Part shown: positions 14,145 through 26,508 of the stretch, one piece after another | Position numbering within the stretch: position 1 is the first letter of the stretch | Layout: the number at the start of each line of letters is the position of its first letter | Assembly: GCF_964204645.1 (NCBI RefSeq) | Contig: NC_134028.1 | Span: 22,688,345-22,752,344 of the forward strand | Length of the DNA stretch: 64,000 nt | Origin: Tubulanus polymorphus | Lineage: Eukaryota > Animalia > Nemertea | Direction: 5' to 3' | Program-made: the position numbers and the translations under genes | Notes under the pieces: generated by a model | What the model was told of the DNA's origin: nothing | The model's input: the letters and a program-made list of their open reading frames with translations, nothing else | Database searches by the model: none

Positions 14145-16640
14145 TTATTTATTGCCGTTCTACCCATTTTTCCATCGGGCACACTTCCCCGATATTCAGT
14201 ATTACCCAAGACATCTCTCCGATTGAAAATGAACTGCAAACACCAGAAATTAGACATTCTAACCACACAATTTCAAAAACTGATCATCTTCACTTCACAT
14301 TAGTCTAAAATAGTACCAAGCCGTCGTTCCACAGGAACCCATAACAATGACTGGTATTCAGACTAACTTCACACGTGTTCAGTAGGCCTACTTCACCCGA
14401 GGCATTTTCAATTAAAAATGAGCTACAAATTTGTACAACTTTAGACATTTTATCAACTATCAAAAACTGATCATCTACACTTCACATGTGTTCAGTATTT
14501 CACCAGAGGCCATTCAAAGACCAGACATATTGTCTGTCCCGCTACATTAAATTGAAGGTTTATTTTATCATTTAAAATCAATCATTGGAGTAATTTACCT
14601 TTTTCTAACGCCCTTCCCAACTGTATCGCTGATTCTAGCTTGCGTCGAGCCATACCTATTTCTTTCCCGTCTCTCTTCAAGAATCAACAGAATGAATCAT
14701 CGTCTATAACTGGAATTTAAAAAACAAACAACGCTCACAGTTCTTCGAATTACGTCATTATATCGATCGAGACTATCTATTCTCAGAAAAACCAGACTTG
14801 ACCATTTCATTCTGGAAATAATGCTAAAATAAGACTAACAAATGAAGGTTGGAAGTTTGACTTGTTGACCTTCATTCATAATGATTTTCAGAAAGCCTAA
14901 TAATTAGCATTCAGGCCAATAGGAGGTTTATTACACATATCAATCTGGCTATAAAACTAAGTTGGCAATTCCACAGGTGCTAATTAGTAAGTTAGGCCAT
15001 ATAAATAAAATAAATTAGGCTACTTGATTCTCCACATCAGTGCCCGCCCCAGTTTAGCCTGGAGTTTGTTCTTGTGGAATATTTCATACAAAATATAGAA
15101 TATAAACCCCTCTCCTCGATGATTTTTTTTTACAACTTCTGACGAGAATCAAGTTATTTATTTTATATGGCCTTTAGGCCTATTCATTTGCAGTTTGAGG
15201 GTGAACTGTAACTGTGGCTTTTTTTAGCAGGCTTAGAAGTTAGGCCAACACTATTAGCCCCCTTTTTCCCTCTCCCTAATCCATTAAATCATTGGGCACC
15301 AACCTAAAGGTCATTAAGGAATTCTAAGGAACTCTATTTTTGAATTTTTGCCCCTGTTTTCAATTTCGGTCCCTGATTTTCAATGATTTTTACTTTATTT
15401 TCCGTGGTAAAACTGAAGATGTTCATCGGAAACTAGGGACGCGCAGGATCCGGCATGAAAAGCATTTTTTTCCTAGGTGAGATCGATAATTTTATCATCT
15501 AGATTTAGAACGATGAAACTGCTTTAAATCTCCCTGGATCCCACTTTAAAGTGAATATTATTCATTCACGCTTAATCCGAGGTTAAAGACGATACAAATT
15601 CCGTTCAACAATGTCCTGGATGGCCTTATTTTCCCTAGGAAAAAGATCGTAGAAAAAAAGCTTAGTACTACCGAGTAATTGTGGAGCTAACTACTTCAGA
15701 GTAGGGTTCGAATCCTCAATTACCGCCAAATAGATGAGAAATTATCAGCTGATTTGTGACTTCAAACGTCAACCAGAATGAAATATCATATCACGCGTTT
15801 TGGGGAACATTTTTGCAAAAGTTTTTGATTAAGGTGCATGAAACGCGAGCTAAATATGGAAATGCTTTCCGAAATGGCCGTTTTTAACCCAGAAAAAGAT
15901 CGTAGAAAAAAGCTTCCCTCATCCGTGGAGTTCTACGGTGTATCTCTTGAATAGGTTGTATACGGTGTATCTCTTGAGGGTTCAGATTCCGTGACGGCCA
16001 TCTATTTAATTTACCATAAATACGCTTTTTACGACAAAATAATCTCGGATTTAGAGATTCCAAAATAAAAAAAAACCAAACTGCCTCTAAGATTTTGACC
16101 TACGAGGAATGCCGGGTTTAATCCGATCAGTTAGATATTACGTATTTCATACTTCAAAACAAACATCCGAGTTACACCGTCTACCCCGCACGTCTGCAGT
16201 GTACAATCCACTCAACTGACGATAATCTCTTGTCAGTTCGAAGAAATGCCGTGTCCTCCGTTTTCAATTTCCTTGCATAAATCTTGCTTTTGAATTCTTA
16301 AATGTTTACAGTGGTGAACCCCCTAATGAGTTTTTATAGTCCTAATAATGATATTAATGATTTATTTACTTATACTGTGTACAAAAACATCAGTTAATTT
16401 CATAGATAATATGAATAGGTGCCGTACCATCGTATATTCTCCATGGTATGTGGCGTTTCGCACACCGTAGCTATCATTAATGTTCGTGCATACTGACGGA
16501 TGTTCGGCTGCATTGTTCTGAGGGTAATTTTACTCTAACGACCGAGATTACACGTTATGGATATGTGAACTGCACACGAAACATCAGCAACGTGTAATTT
16601 GCAGTGTGTCAAGCGTGAATGCGAAAGCTGTTAAGTTAGG

Positions 16641-17696
16641 ATGAGCCAAGTCAATAGCACAGCACCGTGGTTACCTGACCCGCGATGTGGACTAACAATT
16701 CATATGTATTCTGGCCGACCGATGTATCGCTATATCCCAGAACTAGCAATGACCATAATAAGATGCATCCTTTATGCAGCGGGTACCGTACTGAACCTAC
16801 TTGTATTTGTAGTTTTAGGAGTGATGACGTTGAACAATTCTAGCGTGTTGTATTTGCGGTGTATCGCTTTAGCGGAGATGGTGCATTGCTTCATGGGGTT
16901 CTTTGGTCGAGAATTTTACGTGCTCTGTAAGATCTCTCCGTTTTTCGATCGGTTTAAGTTCAATAAGGCATTCAATGCTTATTTTATACACGCTTATCCG
17001 GTTGTCGATACCCTCTTTCAGATGTCCTCGCGAAACAGGGTATGGTTCCTGTTCGCGCTATCTTTCGATCGATACCTAGCCATTATCAGACCGATGATTT
17101 CGTTAAGATTGTCGACATCGTCGAGGACGAAGAAAATATGTTTAGTTATATTCGTTGTTACGACGTTGATGGAGGTGCCGACATACTGGGATAGGATCAT
17201 GTACCTCAAACCTCATAAATGCACCGGATTACCAACCATCGAAGGACGCCCGGGTCCTCTTAAATATCGATGGTACATATTAATTTACGACACGGCTTTT
17301 GGAAACTTTTTGGCTACTTTGTTACCCGGAATGATCGTTATTTGCTGTAATATTCACATGCTCGCCATACTAAAACAAACGTTCAGGAACAGAGCCAAGC
17401 TCCAACAACAGCAACATACGGAAAATACAAAAATAGAACAAAATCAAGGTTTACAGATCACTAAAATTGTCCTGACGCTTAATTTCTTTTATTGTATCGT
17501 ATTTGTGATGGCGCTGGCCAATACAATCCTACCAGTCCTCGGTTCACGCGTTAAGATTCGACCCTATCACTCGGGCCAGGTTTTGAGCGCGATAAATTCG
17601 ATGGTAAATTTTTTCGTGTACCTGTTTATTCGTAAAGGTTTCGCTTCGACTGTCGTACGAATATTGTCGTGTGGAATCTATGGGGAAGTCGGGTGA
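16641..17696 (+). CDS. Intronless class A GPCR, FMRFamide/sex-peptide/srw-like orphan receptor, 351 aa
   Basis: Single ORF with seven hydrophobic segments; TM1 GTVLN, TM3 SFDRYLAI..P, TM7 AINSMVNFFVY. The NFxxY variant is typical of this clade. Confidence 0.9.
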   Translation: MSQVNSTAPWLPDPRCGLTIHMYSGRPMYRYIPELAMTIIRCILYAAGTVLNLLVFVVLGVMTLNNSSVLYLRCIALAEMVHCFMGFFGREFYVLCKISPFFDRFKFNKAFNAYFIHAYPVVDTLFQMSSRNRVWFLFALSFDRYLAIIRPMISLRLSTSSRTKKICLVIFVVTTLMEVPTYWDRIMYLKPHKCTGLPTIEGRPGPLKYRWYILIYDTAFGNFLATLLPGMIVICCNIHMLAILKQTFRNRAKLQQQQHTENTKIEQNQGLQITKIVLTLNFFYCIVFVMALANTILPVLGSRVKIRPYHSGQVLSAINSMVNFFVYLFIRKGFASTVVRILSCGIYGEVG

Positions 17697-18014
17697 AATA
17701 ACGTTAATAGAGAAGCCGAAATAAAAGCGTTGGTTTGCCGAATTGACGCACGACAAGGTTGCATTTTAAATTTAACAAAATTCGATCATATATGAATTAA
17801 TAGTTATCTTATGTCCAGTGTACCACGGGGTAAACTATATTCACAGATGCAACTCTCCGGCGCAACTAATATCAATGGCCTCAGTCTCAGAAACTCTCCT
17901 CGTCAGCAGGCTCACTTCCCAATGAGTCCGGCGAAGGGTTGGATCGGTCGGTCCCACCTGCGCATAGGATAACGATCGATGACTTTAGAATCATTAACGA
18001 GACGATAAGTGCTA

Positions 18015-19813
18015 CAGGGGCGTATAGCCACCTAAAATTCTTCGTATATCCTACGAGCAATTATCTGTTAGATAATTGCTCGTAGGTATTGTTATGCGAC
18101 CCGAAGAAGGATCCGAAAGAGCGCAGGATCGCGGGAGAGCGTATCCTTCGTCAGCTCCGCACAACGACACAAATTGCATTTTGACCCGAAACCGAAAATA
18201 AATAAACAACTCATGTGTATATATTCCGAAATCTAGATGCTCACAACTATTCTATTAGACTCGTGTTTCCTATGTATCGACACCTTTTACAAATCTGTGT
18301 TTCCTAATTTCTTGAGTGTGTTCTTCCCCGTTGTTCTCCCGGCTACCCGGGTGCTCTCCGACTAGTTCAGCTATGTCTTTTATTTTTATACTTTCAAAAT
18401 TTGGTTTCCAAGGAACTATTCTCGTGACCAACGCCACCACATTTCGGGAGGGCCGACGACCAACCTCGGGACCTGGTTCGCCCACCAAGCCCCCAAGAAT
18501 TAATGTTCTTAGCAACCTGGTTAAGAAACAAGCCCGGAGTTGTCTCGGTTTCCAAACGTAGACGTTAACACTTGACTAATCCCTTAGGATTTTAACTATT
18601 GCCTTGATAACTAAATCCAAAATATATCTTATTAATCCGAGACATAAACTGAACCAGTAACAAAAGCAAATAAACATTACATAATCATTAAGCCAAAATT
18701 TGCCCGTTTGTGAATTCCTAGTGAACAATAGCAAATAGACATCGAAAAAAAAAGTCAAAACATGCCCGTTTAGGAATTCCCAGTGAATAAAGTTGAATAG
18801 ATCCATTTGCTATCGATTTACGCATGTTTTATAAATATCAAAAATTGCCTATCATAACAGTATATCCAAACGAGCGCCGAAGGTTTGCCGCCCCCCTCCC
18901 CCCATCCCCCCAGAAAACTTTGAACATTAAAACGTCTGAGATGCGTTCTGGTGGCTATAAATGCTCATATTGGGAATAATTTTTCTGTAGATAATATAAA
19001 GCCTCAAAGGTTATCTTTGGTCTAGGGAGGGATCCAGATGTTTTACCACCCCAGAGCGGCGTCCTGCTGAACTGGAAGGACAACTATATCATAGCACAAA
19101 ACGGGGGATCTGGGGGCACTTCCCAGAAAATTTTGATTTTTCGAGGCTCTGAGATGCAATCTTTAAGCATATTTGGGGCATAACATCTATCCCCAAGAAG
19201 TTAACTATTTCCGTTTAGATTTGAATTGACCATTTTTATACTACTTCCAGAATACTTGCCCGGAATAAAACATTCATGTTAGTACAAGAGCCTGTCATAA
19301 TCACGAACTAGAAAGATATAAGGGCAAACCTGAGTACTCCTCGATACACTAGTGGTAGGCCGGATCTGCCACTGGCCACTGACTTATTGATAAAGAAATA
19401 GCAGAACTGATGATAGCTTATTGTACAATCAATACTCTCTCGATGTTCTCGGTTTTCATCTCTCAGCATTTCAGCAGAATTTTTTTGGTCAAATCCTATA
19501 TTTTGGTCAATTTTTAATGTATAAAACACCTACAGAATCAGTGAAATATAACCAGAAGTCGCTCTAAAATAATATGAAAAAAAGTTTACTGAATTCGGTT
19601 ACTTTGATACTGTGAGATCAGGTGCATGGTTCAGATGTGACACTGTTACCGCATAAACAAAACTCACTGGAGTCACAGGGCGGAAACGCCTCCGAATGAA
19701 AAACTTTTGCACTACTGACAACTTCAACAACTTGATGACGTTTTAGCATAATTGGGTTTTCAATCATTGGTGCGACATACGTCGCAGTTGTCGCACCGGT
19801 GTTTACGCCCCTG
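18015..19813. mobile_element. 1.8-kb non-autonomous DNA transposon, 10-bp TIR CAGGGGCGTA, 5-bp TSD TGCTA (hAT5-like)
   Basis: TGCTA|CAGGGGCGTA at 18015 and TACGCCCCTG|TGCTA at 19813; no transposase ORF inside. Confidence 0.7.
18050..18086. repeat. Perfect hairpin with 17-bp arms
   Basis: CCTACGAGCAATTATCT-gtt-AGATAATTGCTCGTAGG. Confidence 0.9.
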
Positions 19814-20101
19814 TGCTATATAGGCCAATTATTTATTTGACGCACGAGCTTTCGCAACTAATGTATTGAAGCTTCAGGTATGAATGAGTCCATGAATTTT
19901 GTAACACATAAAATACAAAACCTATAAACATGAGTCGTGTACAAATGCAGCTGTGTGTCTATCTTATCAGTTTATATCAATTTTGAATATCAATATTGAT
20001 ACATTGTTCTGAAATCCTAAAACGCCGCATACTGTGATTTATTGAAGTGATTGAGCTCCACTTGTCGAAAGATCTGACTTGCGCATCTTCACGGTCGAAG
20101 G

Positions 20102-23100
20102 ATGACGACCAGTTTTGTTCGAGTTGCAGTGACATTGTGTGGTCTGGTCGTTAGTTATACTTGGTGTTCAAGGATCGGAACAGGTACGATTATACTTTGC
20201 ATTCGGGATAGCTTAATGGCGATGGAAAAAATGGGTTTAACCATTTTTACAAACTATGTTTGACAAAAATGGGCCTTAGGTTTAAATTTTGTGAAAATCT
20301 TACAATATTGGATGAAGTTCTCGTTTGATTTTTTTCTTAAGATTCTAATGTCTCCGCGAAGAATACAAGACGCTCTACAAATACATACAAGTAAGGGTAG
20401 CCTTTATTGATAGATTTATTAAAACGACAACTGAACTAAGTGGGATCAATTTCCATTTCAGAATCAATGTTTGTAGCTGGAACGTTGGTCAGTCCAACCC
20501 GAGCGGCAATTTGGATTCATGGCTCGGCCTCAATGTCCAAGACCAACCAGACATCGTTTCCATCGGGTGAGTTAAACGTAGTATATTCGTATCGTTCCTG
20601 AGTTTTCCCCTTGAAATTAACTAATTAATCTTAAATACCTGCACAGACTTCAGGAAATTGATGATGACACAAAATGGAAGGAATATTTACTCGCGCTATT
20701 CTCTAAAAACAACTATGTCATGGTAATGCCATCGTGATTTTTAGTTAAGCATTTTCAACCATCAAATACATCTCTAATTAGAAATGTTTGTACGGTACGC
20801 AGGCTACTGTTGATATAAAATGAATGTACCGGGGTATCTATCATAGGTAAAACAAAGGAAAATGAAGTGGATTGTCCAGTATTTGTTCCTTAAACGGCAA
20901 CATTTGACGCAAACTAATAATATCGAGTCCGAAACAACGGCTACAGGAGTCCTCAACCTCGTTGTAAGTTTGAATTCTGACCGTTTGCTTGAAAATGCAC
21001 TTTTGACATATATTTCCTCCAAAGGTTCTGGATTTGTGAATAAAGTTATTCATTTGAAGGGAAATAAAGGTGGCGTCAGTATCCGACTCGATTTCTACGG
21101 TTCGAATATGATATTTGTTAATAGCCATTTAGCAGCTCACCTGGAAAACGTGCAAGATAGAATCGACGTGAGTATCTACCGCTGGTTTTATGGCGCTCTC
21201 GGTTTCTCAAAATACAGAACATCTTTGGCTTCACCTTTTTTTTAGGATTATAACCGTATTATGAATGATCAGTCATTTAGAGATGGTGACGTCAACACGA
21301 TTATCGATCACAGGTGACATATCAGGAACTTGCGCCAAATCCCGACCCATCAATTTTCTGATTCATTCAACAAGAAATCTTTTATCCTGATGGTAAATTT
21401 CGCGATTCCATCCTAGCCCGCGTTATGGTATCTGATGAGTTTAATCTTTGTTGTTCAATAGCTATATATTCTGGATGGGCGATTTGAATTTCCGTATAGA
21501 CGACCTAACTAAGGCTGATATCGAGGCGAAAATTGTAGCCAATGACTTGAAAGCTATTCAGAAACACGACCAGGTACGATTCAATATATCATAGTCACAA
21601 TGAAAGTTGATACGTATAACATTGATGTAGTAGCGAAGATAATCGAAAAAATTGTTAAAATGTTTCCAGCTGTTGAAAGCTCGAGCAAACGGCAGAATTT
21701 TCCAGGGGTTCAGTGAAGCACCCATAAAATTCGCACCTACTTATAAATTTGATCCAGGAACAGACGTTTACGACACAAGGTCAGTGGGAGATGTACGTCA
21801 TTCGTTTTATCTGTATATCGAATATTTTGCACCGAAGCCAGAACGAGTTTTGCTACCAGTCGTTTCTAATCTATTAGTTTTCCAGTAATATTGTTCCCGG
21901 CCAGTGTAATGTGACTGTTTGGTTTGTAAGGGGCACAACATGATAATTATAGAAATCAAATCAATCAATTAGATGAATAATAGGGACTTTTTCCTATTTA
22001 AAGACTTTTATTGACTTTGATGGTTTTTTATGTGTTCGAAGTTCAAAACAAAGGAAGCCTGCATGGACGGACAGAATCCTGTGGAAAACTGTATCTGGGG
22101 CACGATTGAATTCGTATACGTCATATCCGCAATACAGAATCAGCGACCACAAGCCAATCAGCGCCAGGTTTTCCGTACAGGTAAGCGCAGACGGAACAAA
22201 TATATTTTTATAAAACTGAAAAAAATGACAGCTTTTAGTGCCCGTTGGACAGATCGACTGGTCCATTCACTTGCTTGTTTTTGAATTATAAATGTAAGAT
22301 ATTATTATTTCTGGGATCGTTCATTATCTGTGTAGGTTTCTCCATCGGGTCCAGCTTTACCGATTACTTTCTCGCGAGTAGCGGACATCAGCCGAGGAAA
22401 AAGTCTAGCGTTCACATACTCGTGCGCTTCGAATATGGACACATCCAGTTGGGATTGGATCGCGTTATTCAAGGTTCGTATATCGTAAACAACTCGTATA
22501 ACGGGTTGTTTTTTCGGGATGCGTGCGGGAGTACTTTACTTTTTTTTAAAAGAGAAACGAAAACAGATTTCTGTATGCGGAATCACATTTTTATTCTTAT
22601 TCTTGCTGACGAACTTTTTTTTTTATGCGCCCGGAAAATGATACTGATGAAAAACAAGCTATCATTTTTGCATGGCCTTATGAAGTATTATTATTTTCAG
22701 TGTAAAGTTCTTTATTATACAGGAAAACTTTTCTAGTTTTGACGACTACGAAGCGTGGACTCGTGCTGACGGCTGTGATAAAGCGATGGAATTCGACCAG
22801 GACGACACTGCTCTTAAAGGGAATTACAGACTGGGATATTTCAGCAAATCGAAAAACTGTATCATCGGATACAGCAATATCTTTTCCGTAAGTATATTCT
22901 GATTAGAATTAACTCCTCCTGAATCAAAAGAAGTTATACAGTGGAACCACGTTGCCACGAACTTCGGGGACCGGAAAATATGTTCGTTATAACCGATACT
23001 TTGTTATATCCAGTATGAAATTATTGAATTGTCATCTTTGGGACGAAAATCTAGTTGTGTAATAACCGATGAATCGTTAAAAATCCGAGGACGTTATAAC

Positions 23101-23208
23101 GAGGTTCCATCGTAGCATAATTCTTAATTCTGAGTTTTATTCAGTAGATGTGTAGTCGGGTAGTACTGAAGGAAAACAGAAATACATAATATCTTTCAGG
23201 TCATGTGA
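20102..23208 (+). CDS. INPP5K: Inositol polyphosphate 5-phosphatase K/J-like (5-phosphatase + SKICH), ~425 aa, 13 exons, with predicted signal peptide
   Basis: Exons 20102-20183, 20342-20390, 20462-20566, 20647-20722, 20847-20963, 21060-21167, 21246-21313, 21462-21573, 21670-21779, 22042-22180, 22336-22473, 22723-22887, 23200-23208; all GT-AG and in phase. Motifs SWNVG, IGLQE, GNKGGV, NSHLAAH, WMGDLNFRI, PTYKFD, PAWTDRIL, SDHKP; SKICH-like WDWIALF...YRLGYFS...IIGYSNIF. AATAAA at ~23460. Confidence 0.93.
22939..23112. mobile_element. Tc1/mariner (pogo/Tigger-like) MITE in the last INPP5K intron
   Basis: TA|CAGTGGAACCACG ... CGAGGTTCCATCG|TA; homologous to 1963-2121. Confidence 0.75.
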
Positions 23209-24826
23209 AGCCGCCAATGCGTGTATTAGCATACCTGGGCCAAGTTCCACAGTTTCAGGTTGAAACGTGACTCTACAATTAGTTAGAAACGATCGTGATA
23301 GCAGATATAGACATTAGAAGTAGGATATGCCTACATGTTACGGTACTAGAATCGGCGAAGATCCGTTCTAGATTCAAACTTAACCTAAAACTGGTGGGAA
23401 CCTGGTCCAGCGCATAGCGAAATCGTCTTTCTCACTGTGAACGTCCTCTAAATAACTGCAATAAACATCCTTATTTACGGTATTCATTTTCGCTTCTCTC
23501 CTATAGTTTGATATGAAAAAGTAAAACACTAGCGATTTTTTTCAAATTCAGTCTTTATTTCATATTATGTTTAATTCAAAGATAAATATTTCGTGACATT
23601 AAAAATATTAGTAATAATGATAATACATTTTACGGTTTTTTTTACACATTCATTTCCATATTGTAGACACGATTTTTGATAATGCTCGAAACAAGTATTT
23701 CGAGTTAAGTACCATTTTCCATCAATATACGTTATAGACAACAACGTTTAAATAACGCGCTGGGAATATGGTTATTACATATTCAGAGGAACAGACACTT
23801 TCCACTTTTTGTTAATGTTCAATAAATTGATTCTCGAGTTGCGACGAGTATTGAGTCTTCCTATACTCGGTATTTAATGAAAAGCCTCGTCATGTATATA
23901 CGCGAAATTAGTTGCGGCGGACCGTGGGGCCTACTGGACGATATAACCCGCGGTAAAGCGGTGCTTGTTTGCGCCATTCAATTTTCCTGCTACAACATGT
24001 TCAACCCTCTATTGCCATGCTGTCTGCCAATTTGTAGCTGTCGAACGAGGCGTATCTTCATTAGTATGAATCGGCCAGAACGGAAAACAGTTTAAGTGAT
24101 ACTCAAACACATCGTGTTCACCGTCGACTAGTATGTCGTATTATATCTCAAAATACACACAAACCGGACCAACATTCGCGCATAAGAGTTTTTACGAGAG
24201 TCCATTGAACCGCGTTCGGTACAAACCGGAGCGGGTTTGCGTCACGATTTTCTTGTTACGGCGTCGCGTACAAAGTAGCGATAAACGAAGGCAATAGCGT
24301 ATCATAGTGATGTCCAAAAATCATTCCACTTAGAACAACATCGCAAACAAACATTTTTCGCGACCTAGATTGCCTAAATGTATTCGACATATCCGGGTCA
24401 AGTATATTGCGTCGGTAAATCCATTCGATCCGCGGTTTCGGTTTGGAATGTTTGGACAAGTAGTCTAAGTAGCATACGAAATTTCGTCGAAATGTCTCGT
24501 GAAGATCTCTTCGGGCGTTAGAAAACAGTAATTTGAGTCCCTTGTAAGTGTCATTTTGTGCTTCATTTGCAGTTGAAATAAAAAGTTCTGGCAATGGTTG
24601 TACGCCGTTTTTCTTTATTTCGTTTCATAACTCCTTACGCACCCTAAAGATATTGCGAACTAATTTGTAGCATACATTTAAGTATGCAGCGAGTAACTCA
24701 TCCACGGGATAATATTCATTCAAAAATTCGTCCAGAGGAGTTCTTGAGAATACGTTATTATTCATTTCTTCGCAGAAATCATGAATTCGTAATATCTTCG
24801 TTAGATCATACGCACGCGCGCTTCGA

Positions 24827-26094
24827 TCACAAAGCCGTCATCTTCGTCGACCGGCGACTCAGTTTAGTTTTTAAAGGAATGTGCGTTGCCGAATGTCTTC
24901 CTTGTTGTACTTGTCTTAAACTGGAATTGTTATGCGCGTTGCCGTTCACCGCTTCGGGCATAGTCTGGTACATCGTGCTAGAATTGCCGCGCTGCAAGTC
25001 GGTAAGATTCGTGCGTCGACAACACGCCGTTAACATTTTGAACCCACGCCTGTATTTCTTGCTGAAAAAGCAGTATATTAGAGGATTCACCGAGCAATTG
25101 GACGTGCCGAGCCATCGGCAGAACGGGACTACGTAATCCACTATGGTCTTTTCAGTGGAGGCTGATAACTCGGGACCGAAATCCAATCTCATTTTCAAGG
25201 CGTAAAGCGGAAGCCACGACCACGCGAACAATACACACACAACCGACAACATTTTTACGACTTTAACTTTGGAACGGTAGATGACGCCACTGGTAATGGA
25301 ACTGTGCCCAACGCCGGGCGGTTCTCGGCGCCAAACTCGCAGCGCAATCAAACCGTAACATATCGTAATGAATATCAACGGTATTGCATAACAGGTCAGA
25401 AAAATCGCGCCCAGAAAGTAGCTGTCGCGGTCGCGTTTACTTTCCCAGATCTCGTAACAACTTGTCGATGTGTTATCGACGATGTATTGATAATGTATGG
25501 CCCATGGGGTCATAATTGTGGCCGACTCGATCCATATAAATGCAATAATTATCTTCGACGCTCTTCGCGATACTTTACACTTCAGGGTGTGACAAATAGC
25601 GAAATACCTGTAAAAAAGGTAAAATAGCATCGCTATAATTGCAGTGCCCGTAGAGCTCGGCTGATTATGAATGATAGCTGCACAGCGTTCGCTGTAAGAC
25701 GCCCGTCCACCTGAGACGGCACCTGACAGATTCTTATCTAAAACGATTTTATTATACATCAGATTTGTATTTTCTTAGACGTCTGGCTTTTTGAAAGACT
25801 GTTTACATTGTTTAACGAAAGCAACGAGACGTGTAGTACTATATAAACCGGTTAACTATCTTATTTGACGCAGGAGCCCGAAAATAAAATAGTTAACCTA
25901 TATAGTACTATTCGTCTCGTTGCATGTATTCTACCCCCGGTTAACACGGCTCTTCTTCATTCTTCTCATAAAATTCAAGCGCAGTTATACTCACCTATCT
26001 ATGGCAATGGCTGCCAATGTATTGACGGAGGCACTCACGACCATACCCTGCAAGAAGGGGATTGCTTTACACATCACTCCACCGAATCGCCAGT
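24827..26094 (-). CDS. SIFaR: SIFamide/neuropeptide FF receptor-like class A GPCR, last two exons (ECL1 to C-terminus); 5' exon(s) not in window
   Basis: Exon 26094-25995 gives WRFGGVMCKAIPFLQGMVVSASVNTLAAIAIDR. It splices to exon 25607-24827: YFAICH...CYEIW...CYAIPLIFITICY...IYRSKVKVVKML...FAWSWLPLY...WLGTSNCSVNPLIYCFFSKKYRRGF. Confidence 0.88.
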
Positions 26095-26173
26095 CTGTAA
26101 AATAGAGCATTTTCTCTACCGTGAATTAAATTTGATAATTTTCTATTGAAGCGACGATGAATCCATTCGTAAT

Positions 26174-26508
26174 GGGGTATCTGCACTCACCAGAACAATA
26201 CACAATACACTCAGTTTTACATAGTGAAAATCAGCTCATTTTCAATGAACTTTTAACTAGATTCTAGGCTCCCAAATGGAAATTTATTCAAACAAGTCAC
26301 CATACAGATATGGGATTGACGTACCCATTGAGCGTATGGAATAGTTTTATTGAAAATGGATTTAACTAATAAGAAATGTTGATTCGAATTTAATTGAAAT
26401 GTAGAAGAAATTGTAGCGCAGAAACCGAGTTACCACTAGCGCACCTGGCGGACCCTCGCCTGTCATACGTGGAATCCTCGATTGCCACAGTAACGGTGCG
26501 GGTACACC
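26174..26508 (+). mobile_element. MITE family A copy
   Basis: AT|GGGGTATCTGCAC ... GTGCGGGTACACC|AT; shared internal sequence. Confidence 0.8.

Noticed and set aside
22245-22736. 163-aa hydrophobic ORF
   Set aside because: Alternative frame over an INPP5K exon and introns.
24684-25627. Plus-strand ORFs of 150 and 107 aa
   Set aside because: Antisense shadows of the GPCR exon.
25608-25759. N-terminal part of the 310-aa GPCR ORF
   Set aside because: Intronic read-through; the true acceptor is at 25609-25608 and the upstream exon supplies TM3/DR.
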